Below are positions 27,704-35,593 of a stretch of DNA of 64,000 bases, one piece after another; the stretch's first letter is position 1, and each line of letters starts with the position of its first letter. The translations under genes were made by a program, and so were the position numbers. The DNA is from a virus, in the IMG/VR virus record IMGVR_UViG_3300045988_159113; one strand, written 5' to 3'. Under the pieces are notes generated by a model that did no database searches, was not told the DNA's origin, and saw nothing but the letters and a program-made list of their open reading frames with translations.

Positions 27704-27740
27704 CTGGCTTCCAACGGGAACCTTCCCGTGCTGAAGCCAG
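27704..27740 (+). other. long compound hairpin downstream of the paralog array (possible terminator or RNA stability element)
   Basis: CTGGCTTC-ca-ACGGGA-acct-TCCCGT-gct-GAAGCCAG (8 bp plus 6 bp). The T-run is not adjacent (ttttt lies about 15 nt later). Confidence 0.45.
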
Positions 27741-27759
27741 CAGCAAAGATTAATTTTTA

Positions 27760-28437
27760 ATGGTACGAGACATTTTTATCAAAACATGTGAGGATGGTAT
27801 CGATGATTTGATATCAATCCCCGATACAGCGGAAATATATGAACAGTTCCAATATGCCGATGGATCCTTTGAGTATATAATCGTTGACGATTACAACAGC
27901 GAGAATATATCCCAAATGATGAAATACCGCAACGATTATGATGTTATATCTTACAATAACACATACGTCATGATCATTGTTAACGCCATCGATATCACAG
28001 GGTGCGATATAAAGAAGGAACAGTTCAAATTTCCAACTGCCTATGTTCGGTTTTATAAAGAGAATCCGCACATATGGGAACTAGCAAAAGGGCGGTTTGG
28101 TGTTGACCTGTCAGGGATGGATGAGTACACGGACGATCAGCTGGAGTTTCTAAAAGACAACGTTACATTTAATATTGCCTTTATGAAAATCAGGAAATCT
28201 TCCGATGTGCATTTCCTCGTTGATAAGGTACACATAAAAACAAAAAGCGGATCTCCAAAGTTCGCTGTAGAGTATAAGAAGATTGGGTTTTGTTCCGCTT
28301 TCGATACTCAGTACGATCTGACCGGGGTTTCAAATAAGGCTGACACTGTCTATTCTGAATTTTGCACAAAAGAAGAATATGATGATGCGCTATGCCGAGT
28401 GTTAACAGTCTTGGGAGTTAAGAAGTTTGAGGTATGA
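27760..28437 (+). CDS. hypothetical protein
   Basis: 225-aa ORF. It is the first gene after the 228-nt gap that follows the array. Confidence 0.6.
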   Translation: MVRDIFIKTCEDGIDDLISIPDTAEIYEQFQYADGSFEYIIVDDYNSENISQMMKYRNDYDVISYNNTYVMIIVNAIDITGCDIKKEQFKFPTAYVRFYKENPHIWELAKGRFGVDLSGMDEYTDDQLEFLKDNVTFNIAFMKIRKSSDVHFLVDKVHIKTKSGSPKFAVEYKKIGFCSAFDTQYDLTGVSNKADTVYSEFCTKEEYDDALCRVLTVLGVKKFEV

Positions 28438-28802
28438 TGAAATTGATATGCCATGGTTATTCACGTAACGCGTTGGTTATCTCTTTCTACCTAGACGGAA
28501 AACGAATTATGGACGGAATCTATATCTTCGAAATGGAAGCTTTCAAGGTTCTCCGGATGTCAGACGTATGCGTTGAGGTGTATAAAGAGATCATGGATGC
28601 TTTAGTGAAAGATGGCTTTTTCGAAAATAGGTTCCGGATATTGTGCAAAGATAGAACTTTAAAACAAAAAATCAGGGAGTATGAGCGAGAAAAATCTGAT
28701 AGAGCAAAGGCAAGAGGCAAACTTGCGCTTGCTGGAGATTATTCAGGATTATTTGGAGAAGTACCCAAGCTTACGCTTCGGCCAGGCATTGATCAACCTT
28801 AA
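28434..28802 (+). CDS. hypothetical protein (3' end uncertain)
   Basis: 122-aa ORF with ATGA coupling. The last 122 nt overlap 28681..28893 in another frame. Confidence 0.45.
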   Translation: MMKLICHGYSRNALVISFYLDGKRIMDGIYIFEMEAFKVLRMSDVCVEVYKEIMDALVKDGFFENRFRILCKDRTLKQKIREYEREKSDRAKARGKLALAGDYSGLFGEVPKLTLRPGIDQP

Positions 28803-28893
28803 CATACTTGAACCAACAGACAACACGGCCGTTGTAAAAGATCCATATTACGACGAACCGATGGCAATGTTGGATAGAATAAAACAAGAATGA
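28681..28893 (+). CDS. small conserved phage protein with P.LRFGQ motif
   Basis: LEKYPSLRFGQALINLNIL...DPYYDEP resembles a recurrent ~70-aa phage/bacterial family of unknown function, recognised from memory only. Confidence 0.55.
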   Translation: MSEKNLIEQRQEANLRLLEIIQDYLEKYPSLRFGQALINLNILEPTDNTAVVKDPYYDEPMAMLDRIKQE

Positions 28894-29504
28894 AAGTATA
28901 TCGAATACAACAGAAGAATTTTAATTCCATAACGCAGTCAACACTTAGTGTAGAAGATGGGACGAAGTTTCAATTTATACCAACAGGAAAAGAGGACATG
29001 TACAATGTCGCCTATATCACTGATGGCAGTAAAGAGAACGTCATAAGGTGTAAAAGATTAGTGAACTCTTTTCAGTTTCTACTTCCTTATGATAAGCTCC
29101 TTATCATTCTCAAGGACTTCATGGGCAAGCCGTTCGAGGAATCGACGGAGATAAAGATCAATGATTTCTATCTCTCTTGTTTCCCAAAGGGGCATCCAGA
29201 AAGACCGCTTGAGTTCTATCATGTGCTTGACTTTACAGGAACCGCGTTCAAGGTAATACGTGTAAGGATAACGGATCCATTAAACAAGATATATAATCCT
29301 CGGATTGAGTACACAACAATCGCACCGCTTACTTTGTTCAGAAGCCAGACGGGAATAGCTAGAGGTCCAGAGACTGCGCTGTTTACTGACTTCATGAAAA
29401 AAGAAGATTTCGAGCGTTATATGGATATCATAACTCTTACACTGAAAGGAGACACCAATCGTTTAATGACAAATGAAATACTTTACAATTCAGGAGCTGA
29501 CTAA
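28890..29504 (+). CDS. hypothetical protein
   Basis: 204-aa ORF with ATGA coupling. Confidence 0.6.
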   Translation: MKVYRIQQKNFNSITQSTLSVEDGTKFQFIPTGKEDMYNVAYITDGSKENVIRCKRLVNSFQFLLPYDKLLIILKDFMGKPFEESTEIKINDFYLSCFPKGHPERPLEFYHVLDFTGTAFKVIRVRITDPLNKIYNPRIEYTTIAPLTLFRSQTGIARGPETALFTDFMKKEDFERYMDIITLTLKGDTNRLMTNEILYNSGAD

Positions 29505-29928
29505 TTCATAGACAGCTAAAGCAAAGGGTCTTGATAATACTCCGGACCCACAACAGGAGCACAATCTCCGCAGGCTTATCGAGGAGCTGCTCGATCCATT
29601 ACGTGAAGCTTGGGGTAAACCGATAAAGGTAACCTCCGGGTTCCGTGGTTTCGCACTTAATAAATGCGTTAAAGGATCAAAAAGTTCGGCTCATTGTATA
29701 GGAGCAGCTGCGGATCTTGTACCTGTAGATGGGAAGATGCCACAATTCAAAAGATTCGTGAGAGACTGGTTGACTGAAAACAATATCAAGTTTGACCAGT
29801 ATATAGATGAGAGAAGTGGAAACAGTGAGTGGGTACATCTGGGACTTATCAACCAGTCAGGAAGACAGAGGAGACAATTTCTGATGTATCGCAACAAGAC
29901 GTATGTATCATTGAAGGATATATGTTAA
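29473..29928 (+). CDS. peptidase M15 (D-Ala-D-Ala carboxypeptidase / endolysin-type) containing one in-frame TAG at 29509..29511
   Basis: MKYFTIQELTNS-TAG-TAKAKGLDNTPD...LREAWGKPIKVTSGFRGFALNKCVKGSKSSAHCIGAAADLVP...EWVHLGL. The N-terminal F...EL..S.TA...(I/L)DN.P motif spans the TAG. Zn ligands H..6..D and H lie downstream. There is no ATG between the TAG and 29737. Confidence 0.75.
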
Positions 29929-30491
29929 AAATCGGAACGCATGATTCAGCGACAGGCGAGAAAGCCATGTCGTGGTGGATGAAGCTCTTGACTCCTTTTT
30001 GGAAGACACAGAGCAAGACAATCAAAGAGCAGTATGAGGCAGGCTGCCGTATGTTTGACATTAGAGTCAAGAAGGTAGGCCGCGAGTATTACTGCGCTCA
30101 TGGTTTGTTTGTAACAGAGAAGACAGCGCACGAGATCTTCACAGAGCTTGACAATCTCGGGGGATGCTATGTTGCTGTCACTTGGGAAGGAAAAATGACA
30201 ACGGACGAGGAGAAGGCTTGTTTCAAAAGTTGGTATCAGAGAGTAAGGAAGAAATACAAAAACACATTCTGGGGGCCTCTCGCTACTAAGTACGGGAAGA
30301 AAGGGCTAAAGGTTAGCTGGATCAATCTCTACGTAGGCGATAAGTTCGAAGAGAATGTGCAAGGATTCTATCCTCTTGATGGTCGTAATATTTGGACATA
30401 TATTTTCCCCGTTCCTTATGTAATTAATAAAATATACAAGAGCCCGTTCAAGTTCAACGAAGACTATTTCGTACTTGTCGATTTCTTGTAA
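29922..30491 (+). CDS. PI-PLC X-domain-like phosphodiesterase
   Basis: IGTHDSATGE...KTQSKTIKEQYEAGCRMFDIRVK...YCAHGLF matches the (I)PGTHDSG...TQ...Q...G.R.FDIR...HHG pattern of bacterial PI-PLC, including both catalytic His positions. The ATG at 29922 overlaps the M15 stop. Confidence 0.6.
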   Translation: MLKIGTHDSATGEKAMSWWMKLLTPFWKTQSKTIKEQYEAGCRMFDIRVKKVGREYYCAHGLFVTEKTAHEIFTELDNLGGCYVAVTWEGKMTTDEEKACFKSWYQRVRKKYKNTFWGPLATKYGKKGLKVSWINLYVGDKFEENVQGFYPLDGRNIWTYIFPVPYVINKIYKSPFKFNEDYFVLVDFL

Positions 30492-30518
30492 TTGTATAAA
30501 CTAAAAATTTAAAAACTT

Positions 30519-30680
30519 ATGAAAAAGTTATTTCTTGCTTTCGCAGTGATGGCTGTTCTCGCCGCATGCGGTGGCCATAAGGCCAAAAGCGCAAGTAGTG
30601 TTAACGATTCGACAGCTGACAGCGTGACAGTTGTTGACTCTCTGGTAATTGACACAACCCTTATTGACAGCGTAAACTAA
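30519..30680 (+). CDS. small lipoprotein (53 aa)
   Basis: MKKLFLAFAVMAVLAACGGHK: signal peptide with lipobox LAAC. Below the ORF-track size cutoff. Followed by a terminator. Confidence 0.6.
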   Translation: MKKLFLAFAVMAVLAACGGHKAKSASSVNDSTADSVTVVDSLVIDTTLIDSVN

Positions 30681-30688
30681 AAAGTAAA

Positions 30689-30714
30689 GCCCGGGTATAA
30701 CTCGGGCTATTTTT
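30689..30714 (+). terminator. rho-independent terminator
   Basis: GCCCGGG-tataa-CTCGGGC stem (one G-T pair), then ta, then a T5 run. Confidence 0.7.
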
Positions 30715-30813
30715 GTATTATGGCAAAAACAGAAAAAGAACCCGTCAAAGAGTACGGAAAGAAAGAGCAACAGTCAGCAGTGGCTCAGTACAACAATCAG
30801 GATTGGCTATTTG

Positions 30814-31020
30814 ATGAGTAGAAAGAGAAGAAACAATTTCACAAGTCTCGAACTTGATAAACGCAAGTATGTCGTAGTGGATGAAGAAGACGGGAGCATA
30901 TCCATCTATAACATCACACCGCGATATCATATCTGCATTGTCAATTATAAGTCGAAAGACCAGGAGTACGCGCGAAATTGTATCATGGAAACTTTAGACT
31001 ATTTGAAAAGAGACATATGA
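30814..31020 (+). CDS. hypothetical protein
   Basis: ORF 30811..31020. ATG at 30814. Its stop overlaps the ATP-grasp start. Confidence 0.5.
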   Translation: MSRKRRNNFTSLELDKRKYVVVDEEDGSISIYNITPRYHICIVNYKSKDQEYARNCIMETLDYLKRDI

Positions 31021-31793
31021 GAAGAGTGAGACATTTAACCGTTAGAAGCCGCAATGTATCATGTCGGCCTCTACGAGAGTTAGAGGTTCCCGTTCGTACT
31101 CTGTACAGAATGGGAAGTGCCACACCGATTGAACGAATCTTTCGTTCTCCTTTACGTTATCTTGAGATAAACACAGCCCATGGCTGTCTTATCTCTGGTG
31201 ATAAGATAAAGATGAAAAGAGCTTTCAATGAGTGTGGCGTACATACTGCGGAGTGGTTCATCGCTCATAACAGAGTCGATGCCAGAGGTAAAATTCAGCG
31301 TTGGCTTCCAACCTGGGGTGTCATCATTGCAAAGAGGTTGAACTCATCGGGTGGCCGTGGTATCTATCTTATACGAAATGTTGGAGACTTGGACCAGATC
31401 CACGACGACATCACGAAGTATATTTTCGAGAGATATTACAACTACACGAAAGAGTACCGCGTACATGTCAGCAAATTCGGATGTTTCTATACATCAAGAA
31501 AGATGTTGAGAAATACCGCAACTGTGAGATGGCACAGACATTCTGAAAACTCCGTTTTCATAAATGAAGAAAACCCGATGTTTGACAAGCCGACTAACTG
31601 GGACGAGATAGTCGCCGATTGTATCAAAGCCCTCAAGCATATGCAGCTTGACATCGCAGCGTTCGATGTCAAGTGTACAAGAGACGGGCGCTTTATACTC
31701 TTGGAGAGTAATTCCGCACCAGCACTTGGTGAGCAAGGCATCGAGAAATACAAAAACGAATTAAAGAAAATCATAAACGATAAATTAAGATGA
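31017..31793 (+). CDS. ATP-grasp (RimK-like) ligase
   Basis: DKIKMKRAFNECGVHT.EW...IIAKRLNSSGGRGIYLI...IFERYYNYTKEYRVHV...IAAFDVKCTRDGRFILLESNSAPALG. The ATG at 31017 forms an ATGA overlap. Confidence 0.75.
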   Translation: MRRVRHLTVRSRNVSCRPLRELEVPVRTLYRMGSATPIERIFRSPLRYLEINTAHGCLISGDKIKMKRAFNECGVHTAEWFIAHNRVDARGKIQRWLPTWGVIIAKRLNSSGGRGIYLIRNVGDLDQIHDDITKYIFERYYNYTKEYRVHVSKFGCFYTSRKMLRNTATVRWHRHSENSVFINEENPMFDKPTNWDEIVADCIKALKHMQLDIAAFDVKCTRDGRFILLESNSAPALGEQGIEKYKNELKKIINDKLR

Positions 31794-32638
31794 GTGAGTT
31801 CGGTTATACAAACTATCACACAATTTACAAGAGTGTTGGAGATGTTGATCATGCGATGGGTGAGGATTCTTGTTTTCATACCATCACCAAGGATTCCGGT
31901 TTGAAGATGATGAACAATGTGATCACTGTGCGGTTCTATGCTACCATTGACTACATACGGGATAATCAGAACAATAACTATTGCCCGTTTAGCGAGGACG
32001 AGATCCGCCAGTATCTGCACATTATCCAGACTTACAGACCCTTTGAGTTCAAGCTTGACACATGTTTCGGAACCGCAAACGATATAGAAGATAGCGACGA
32101 CGACTACGACGATGATGTTGAGTACAAGTACTATGAGCTTGAGTTGAAGATCAACGACTCGGTACTCTGGAACAAGTTCATCTTGAAAATGGTTCGCCCG
32201 TTATATGAATATCCGTTCAACTTCGCACTTCGCGATACCTTCAAAATGATGACTATCCCGAAGTTCAGAGAGTATGGGTTGTTCAATATCTATATGATGG
32301 TCGGCTATATCTTCAAGACTACTAGCTACATCTCAGTTTGTGATGATCAGTTTGTTTGTTCTTGTTATCGGAACATTCCGCAGTTCATGAAGAAGGCAGA
32401 CCTCATCAAGCGTATTGAGAGTATGAGCCAGGCACATTTGGCAGGAGAGACAAGAACTCCTGAATTCAATAATGTTGTCTCATATTCTGAGAGTGATTGC
32501 GGTGACTTCGGCGACTGGCTCGACAATCGATACTTCAACACAACAAACGTGAGAGAGGTGGAGTACTGGTTCGACGAGGAGATGTTCGAGGAGAGAGTAG
32601 AAATTTATTCTGAACTTATAGAAAGATTTGTGAAGTAA
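31790..32638 (+). CDS. hypothetical protein embedded in the amidoligase cluster
   Basis: 282-aa ORF, coupled on both sides. Internal acidic run DIEDSDDDYDDDVEY. Confidence 0.6.
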   Translation: MSEFGYTNYHTIYKSVGDVDHAMGEDSCFHTITKDSGLKMMNNVITVRFYATIDYIRDNQNNNYCPFSEDEIRQYLHIIQTYRPFEFKLDTCFGTANDIEDSDDDYDDDVEYKYYELELKINDSVLWNKFILKMVRPLYEYPFNFALRDTFKMMTIPKFREYGLFNIYMMVGYIFKTTSYISVCDDQFVCSCYRNIPQFMKKADLIKRIESMSQAHLAGETRTPEFNNVVSYSESDCGDFGDWLDNRYFNTTNVREVEYWFDEEMFEERVEIYSELIERFVK

Positions 32639-33285
32639 TGAGAAAATTGTATTGTGTAGGATGGGGTAGAAGCTATGCCAACTGGTTCCGTGATGTTGAA
32701 TTGACCGGAGATTTTGAGACTCCCAAGTTTCAGATCGAAGATGCGGATATTGTCCTCTTTACTGGTGGTGAGGATGTGAGCCCTTATCTTTATGGTAAGG
32801 CTCCACACCCTACGAGTTATTGGACAACATCAAGAGACGAGATGGAAGTTGAAGCCTTCAAGCGTATACGTCCCGATGCTCTGGCATACGGTACATGTCG
32901 TGGCCTGCAACTGCTTAACGTTATGAACGGCGGCATTCTCTGTCAGGATGCTACTGATCACTGGTGTTCAGGTACGCATGAGATACACAACGACACTGAG
33001 TCGTACCGTATCACATCGCTGCATCATCAGATGGTGTATCCTTTCGATCTCAATCCTGACTATTATGACATTCTGTTTTGGAGTACTCCACGCAGTAAGC
33101 ATTACGAAGGGGATGGGATCGATCCGACACTCTACCACAAGTTTGGCGAGCCTGAGATTGTGCTTTATCACAAGCCAGGATTACCCAAGTGTCTTGGAGT
33201 GCAAGGACACCCTGAGATGATGTCTCCCAATAGCCCGGTTGTGAACATGTTGAATAACTTAATAGATGACATTCTTAAAAAATAA
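32638..33285 (+). CDS. class I glutamine amidotransferase / peptidase C26-like (gamma-glutamyl hydrolase type)
   Basis: GTCRGLQLLNVMNGG (nucleophile-elbow Cys) and LGVQGHPEMM (His-Glu). Confidence 0.75.
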   Translation: MRKLYCVGWGRSYANWFRDVELTGDFETPKFQIEDADIVLFTGGEDVSPYLYGKAPHPTSYWTTSRDEMEVEAFKRIRPDALAYGTCRGLQLLNVMNGGILCQDATDHWCSGTHEIHNDTESYRITSLHHQMVYPFDLNPDYYDILFWSTPRSKHYEGDGIDPTLYHKFGEPEIVLYHKPGLPKCLGVQGHPEMMSPNSPVVNMLNNLIDDILKK

Positions 33286-33289
33286 AAAG

Positions 33290-34201
33290 ATGGATTTAAA
33301 CTTTTCTGAAAAACTTTATGAGCTTCTCGGCTCTGGTGTTAGTTCACGTTACAATTTTAACAACTTCCTTGATGACGATGAACCCGATGATAATTTCGGT
33401 GAATTCCTGGAGAAGGTGAAGATCGGATCCGATCCTGAGCTGTTTATCATAAACACAAAGACAGGATCTGTTGTGTCTTCTATCGGATTGATACCTGGAG
33501 TGAAGGGTGCGCCTTGGGTGGACAAGTCGTGGGTCAAAGGTTATGGCTTGGAGACTGACAACATCCTTGCGGAGTTTAATATTCCACCCGCTACATCTTG
33601 TGAAGCTTTTGTCGACAGTATGGAGTTCATGAAGGATTACATAGACAAGTTTGTCAAGTCTAAGAATCCAGACCTTGGCATCGCGCACAAGGCAAGTGCA
33701 ATGGTGCCAGACGATCAACTTCAGAGCGAAGAGGCGAAGCTTTTCGGGTGCAGTGTCGACTACAACGCATACACAGAAAACGCAAACCCAAAACCTTGCG
33801 GAGAAGCTACGAACCTAAGATCGATAGGTTGTCACATTCATGTTTCATATCCACGCAAATCTCAAGTAAAGAGTATAAGCTTGGTTAAGTATATGGACGT
33901 ATTCGTAGGTATACCTTCTGTGATTCTTGATGCAGGAGAGGATGCAGTAAAACGTCGTGAACTGTACGGAAAGGCTGGATGTTTCAGGCTTACCAGGTAT
34001 GGGATGGAATACCGACCTTTATCTGGCCGGTTCCTGGCAAACACAGATCTTGAAGAGTTCATGTACAAGGCAACACTTCACGCCCTCGGCGCTTGGTTCT
34101 ATGATTATAGACTCCCAAGTGCTGATGATGTTCAGCGTTGCATCAATACAGGAGACATTAATCTCGCAATCCAACTCATCAATGATTACAAACTTGTTTA
34201 A
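33290..34201 (+). CDS. phiEco32-like COOH-NH2 ligase type 2 (GCS2-like)
   Basis: GSDPELFII...GLIPG.KG.P...GYGLETDNILAEFNIPPA...GCHIHVSYP...GMEYRPLS. Family recognised from memory of the phage amidoligase literature. Confidence 0.6.
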   Translation: MDLNFSEKLYELLGSGVSSRYNFNNFLDDDEPDDNFGEFLEKVKIGSDPELFIINTKTGSVVSSIGLIPGVKGAPWVDKSWVKGYGLETDNILAEFNIPPATSCEAFVDSMEFMKDYIDKFVKSKNPDLGIAHKASAMVPDDQLQSEEAKLFGCSVDYNAYTENANPKPCGEATNLRSIGCHIHVSYPRKSQVKSISLVKYMDVFVGIPSVILDAGEDAVKRRELYGKAGCFRLTRYGMEYRPLSGRFLANTDLEEFMYKATLHALGAWFYDYRLPSADDVQRCINTGDINLAIQLINDYKLV

Positions 34202-34228
34202 CTTTTAGAAAAGAAAGAGAGGTCTATT

Positions 34229-35593
34229 ATTTGTGGCATTTTTGGATACATAAAGTCTAAACCAGAACCGTTTGACTTTATGGAGTTCTGCACTTTAGGA
34301 GTGCATAACGATACAAGAGGAAAAGATTCTGTCGGTATTTATATCGATGGACAAACTGAGTATTATTGTAAGGGCAAGAACAATAGCCTGTTCTCGGAGT
34401 TTATCTCCAAGAGCAGGCTATTGCAGTCTGTAGAGGTTGCACAAGTTGCATATGGTCATGACCGTGCAGCTTCCATTGGCACCGTATCTATTGAGACTGC
34501 ACAGCCCGTAGTGTTAAAAGAAGATGACAAGATCACATATGTGCTTATGCACAATGGCACCATCTATAATTATGAGGATCTAGCCAAAAAGTATATTCCA
34601 GATGTGGATATCAAGGGGATGACTGATTCCCAGGTTATGGCGCGCATATTCTACAAAGCAGGATATGATGCACTCAATGAATATATCGGTGGTGCCGTGT
34701 TTGCCATTATCGATTACCGCGGAGAAAAACCAAAGTATCTATTCTGGCAAGGGCACAGTAAGAACACGCAGTATTCACAAACCAGCCAGCAGGAAGAACG
34801 CCCGCTGTTCTTCTTGAAGAGTAAAGGCGAGATGATGTTTTCATCTCTTGATACATATCTTGACGCATTCAGGAGACAATCAACAAAGTTGGTGCCGACT
34901 CCAAACTTGCTGATAGAGTATGATCCAGAGACTGAGGAGTTTATCTCACTTGAAGAGTATGACAGGAAGAATTGCTTTCAGACTAAGCCATACGTCGCAA
35001 CCACTACCACATATTACGGAAACAACAACTATGGAAGTAGTACGTGTAATTATAGCCATAGCACTAATCGCGGCACTTCTTGCTATTCAAGCGGTTATGT
35101 AAACACAGACACGCACACCGGACAATGTCGCAGAGGCGCAAGTCTTTTGCATGGCAGCTATAGCATCAGCACCTATGGCAACATATCGGAAAGCGCCAAC
35201 CAGAACGGATCGAATTATATGACCATGTGGTTCTTCAATGGTATACTCATGAAGAACGAGCAAGCATTCATATATCTCACAAAGTTCTGTAAGGAGTGCG
35301 GCATTAGTATTGATGAGTGTTTCAAATGGTATGATGACTTGGTTTATTATCTCTCGCCTTACCCTTATCGCGAGAAGAAGATCGGAGGAATTCCCTTCAT
35401 GTTCAAAACCAATGATCCCGCAGGCGGTGAAGAGTACACAGGAGATGTACTTTATCCGTTTTCTACATACTCCAAGCGATATGTTAATGGTTCCTATGTA
35501 TCAACAAGGACATCAACATTTATCGAATCGCTTGAAGCGTATAACAAAACAAAAGACGATAAGTTAGATATAGACGTTTTAATGAAAGTATAA
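34229..35593 (+). CDS. Ntn-type (class II) glutamine amidotransferase domain protein with a C-terminal extension; apparent ATT start
   Basis: (ATT)-CGIFGYIKS..., RGKDSVGI, MHNGTIYNYEDL, MTDSQVMARIF. The only codons between the upstream in-frame TAA (34199..34201) and Cys are ctt tta gaa aag aaa gag agg tct att att. Confidence 0.7.
   Translation: MCGIFGYIKSKPEPFDFMEFCTLGVHNDTRGKDSVGIYIDGQTEYYCKGKNNSLFSEFISKSRLLQSVEVAQVAYGHDRAASIGTVSIETAQPVVLKEDDKITYVLMHNGTIYNYEDLAKKYIPDVDIKGMTDSQVMARIFYKAGYDALNEYIGGAVFAIIDYRGEKPKYLFWQGHSKNTQYSQTSQQEERPLFFLKSKGEMMFSSLDTYLDAFRRQSTKLVPTPNLLIEYDPETEEFISLEEYDRKNCFQTKPYVATTTTYYGNNNYGSSTCNYSHSTNRGTSCYSSGYVNTDTHTGQCRRGASLLHGSYSISTYGNISESANQNGSNYMTMWFFNGILMKNEQAFIYLTKFCKECGISIDECFKWYDDLVYYLSPYPYREKKIGGIPFMFKTNDPAGGEEYTGDVLYPFSTYSKRYVNGSYVSTRTSTFIESLEAYNKTKDDKLDIDVLMKV

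Noticed and set aside
27646-27735. 29-codon ORF (MRKIKNAIKWVSRRMSTNSYWLPTGTFPC) in the post-array gap
   Set aside because: Its 3' half is the two-tier hairpin, so the reading frame is probably incidental. There is no coupling to neighbours.
28434-28893. Possible programmed +1 frameshift at the A-rich run (aaaacaaaaaatcag, ~28660-28675) joining 28434..28802 to 28681..28893
   Set aside because: The downstream ORF has its own ATG and looks like a complete small protein family member. There is no recognisable slippery heptamer plus stimulatory structure. A plain 122-nt overlap or a mis-called 3' end is simpler.
30720-30821. 33-codon ORF (MAKTEKEPVKEYGKKEQQSAVAQYNNQDWLFDE, TAG stop) after the lipoprotein terminator, and a 37-codon ORF at 48373
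   Set aside because: Both are short and lack features and paralog or synteny support. They overlap better-supported starts (30814 and 48396).
31487-32020. 177-aa minus-strand ORF spanning the ATP-grasp/next-gene junction. Also other long antisense ORFs: 43437..43817, 43865..44356, 44489..45037, 58971..59489, 60506..60901, 26672..27112, 18723..19154 and 16509..16934.
   Set aside because: All lie antisense to + strand genes with recognisable domains or paralog support, and none has motifs of its own. They are most likely chance ORFs.
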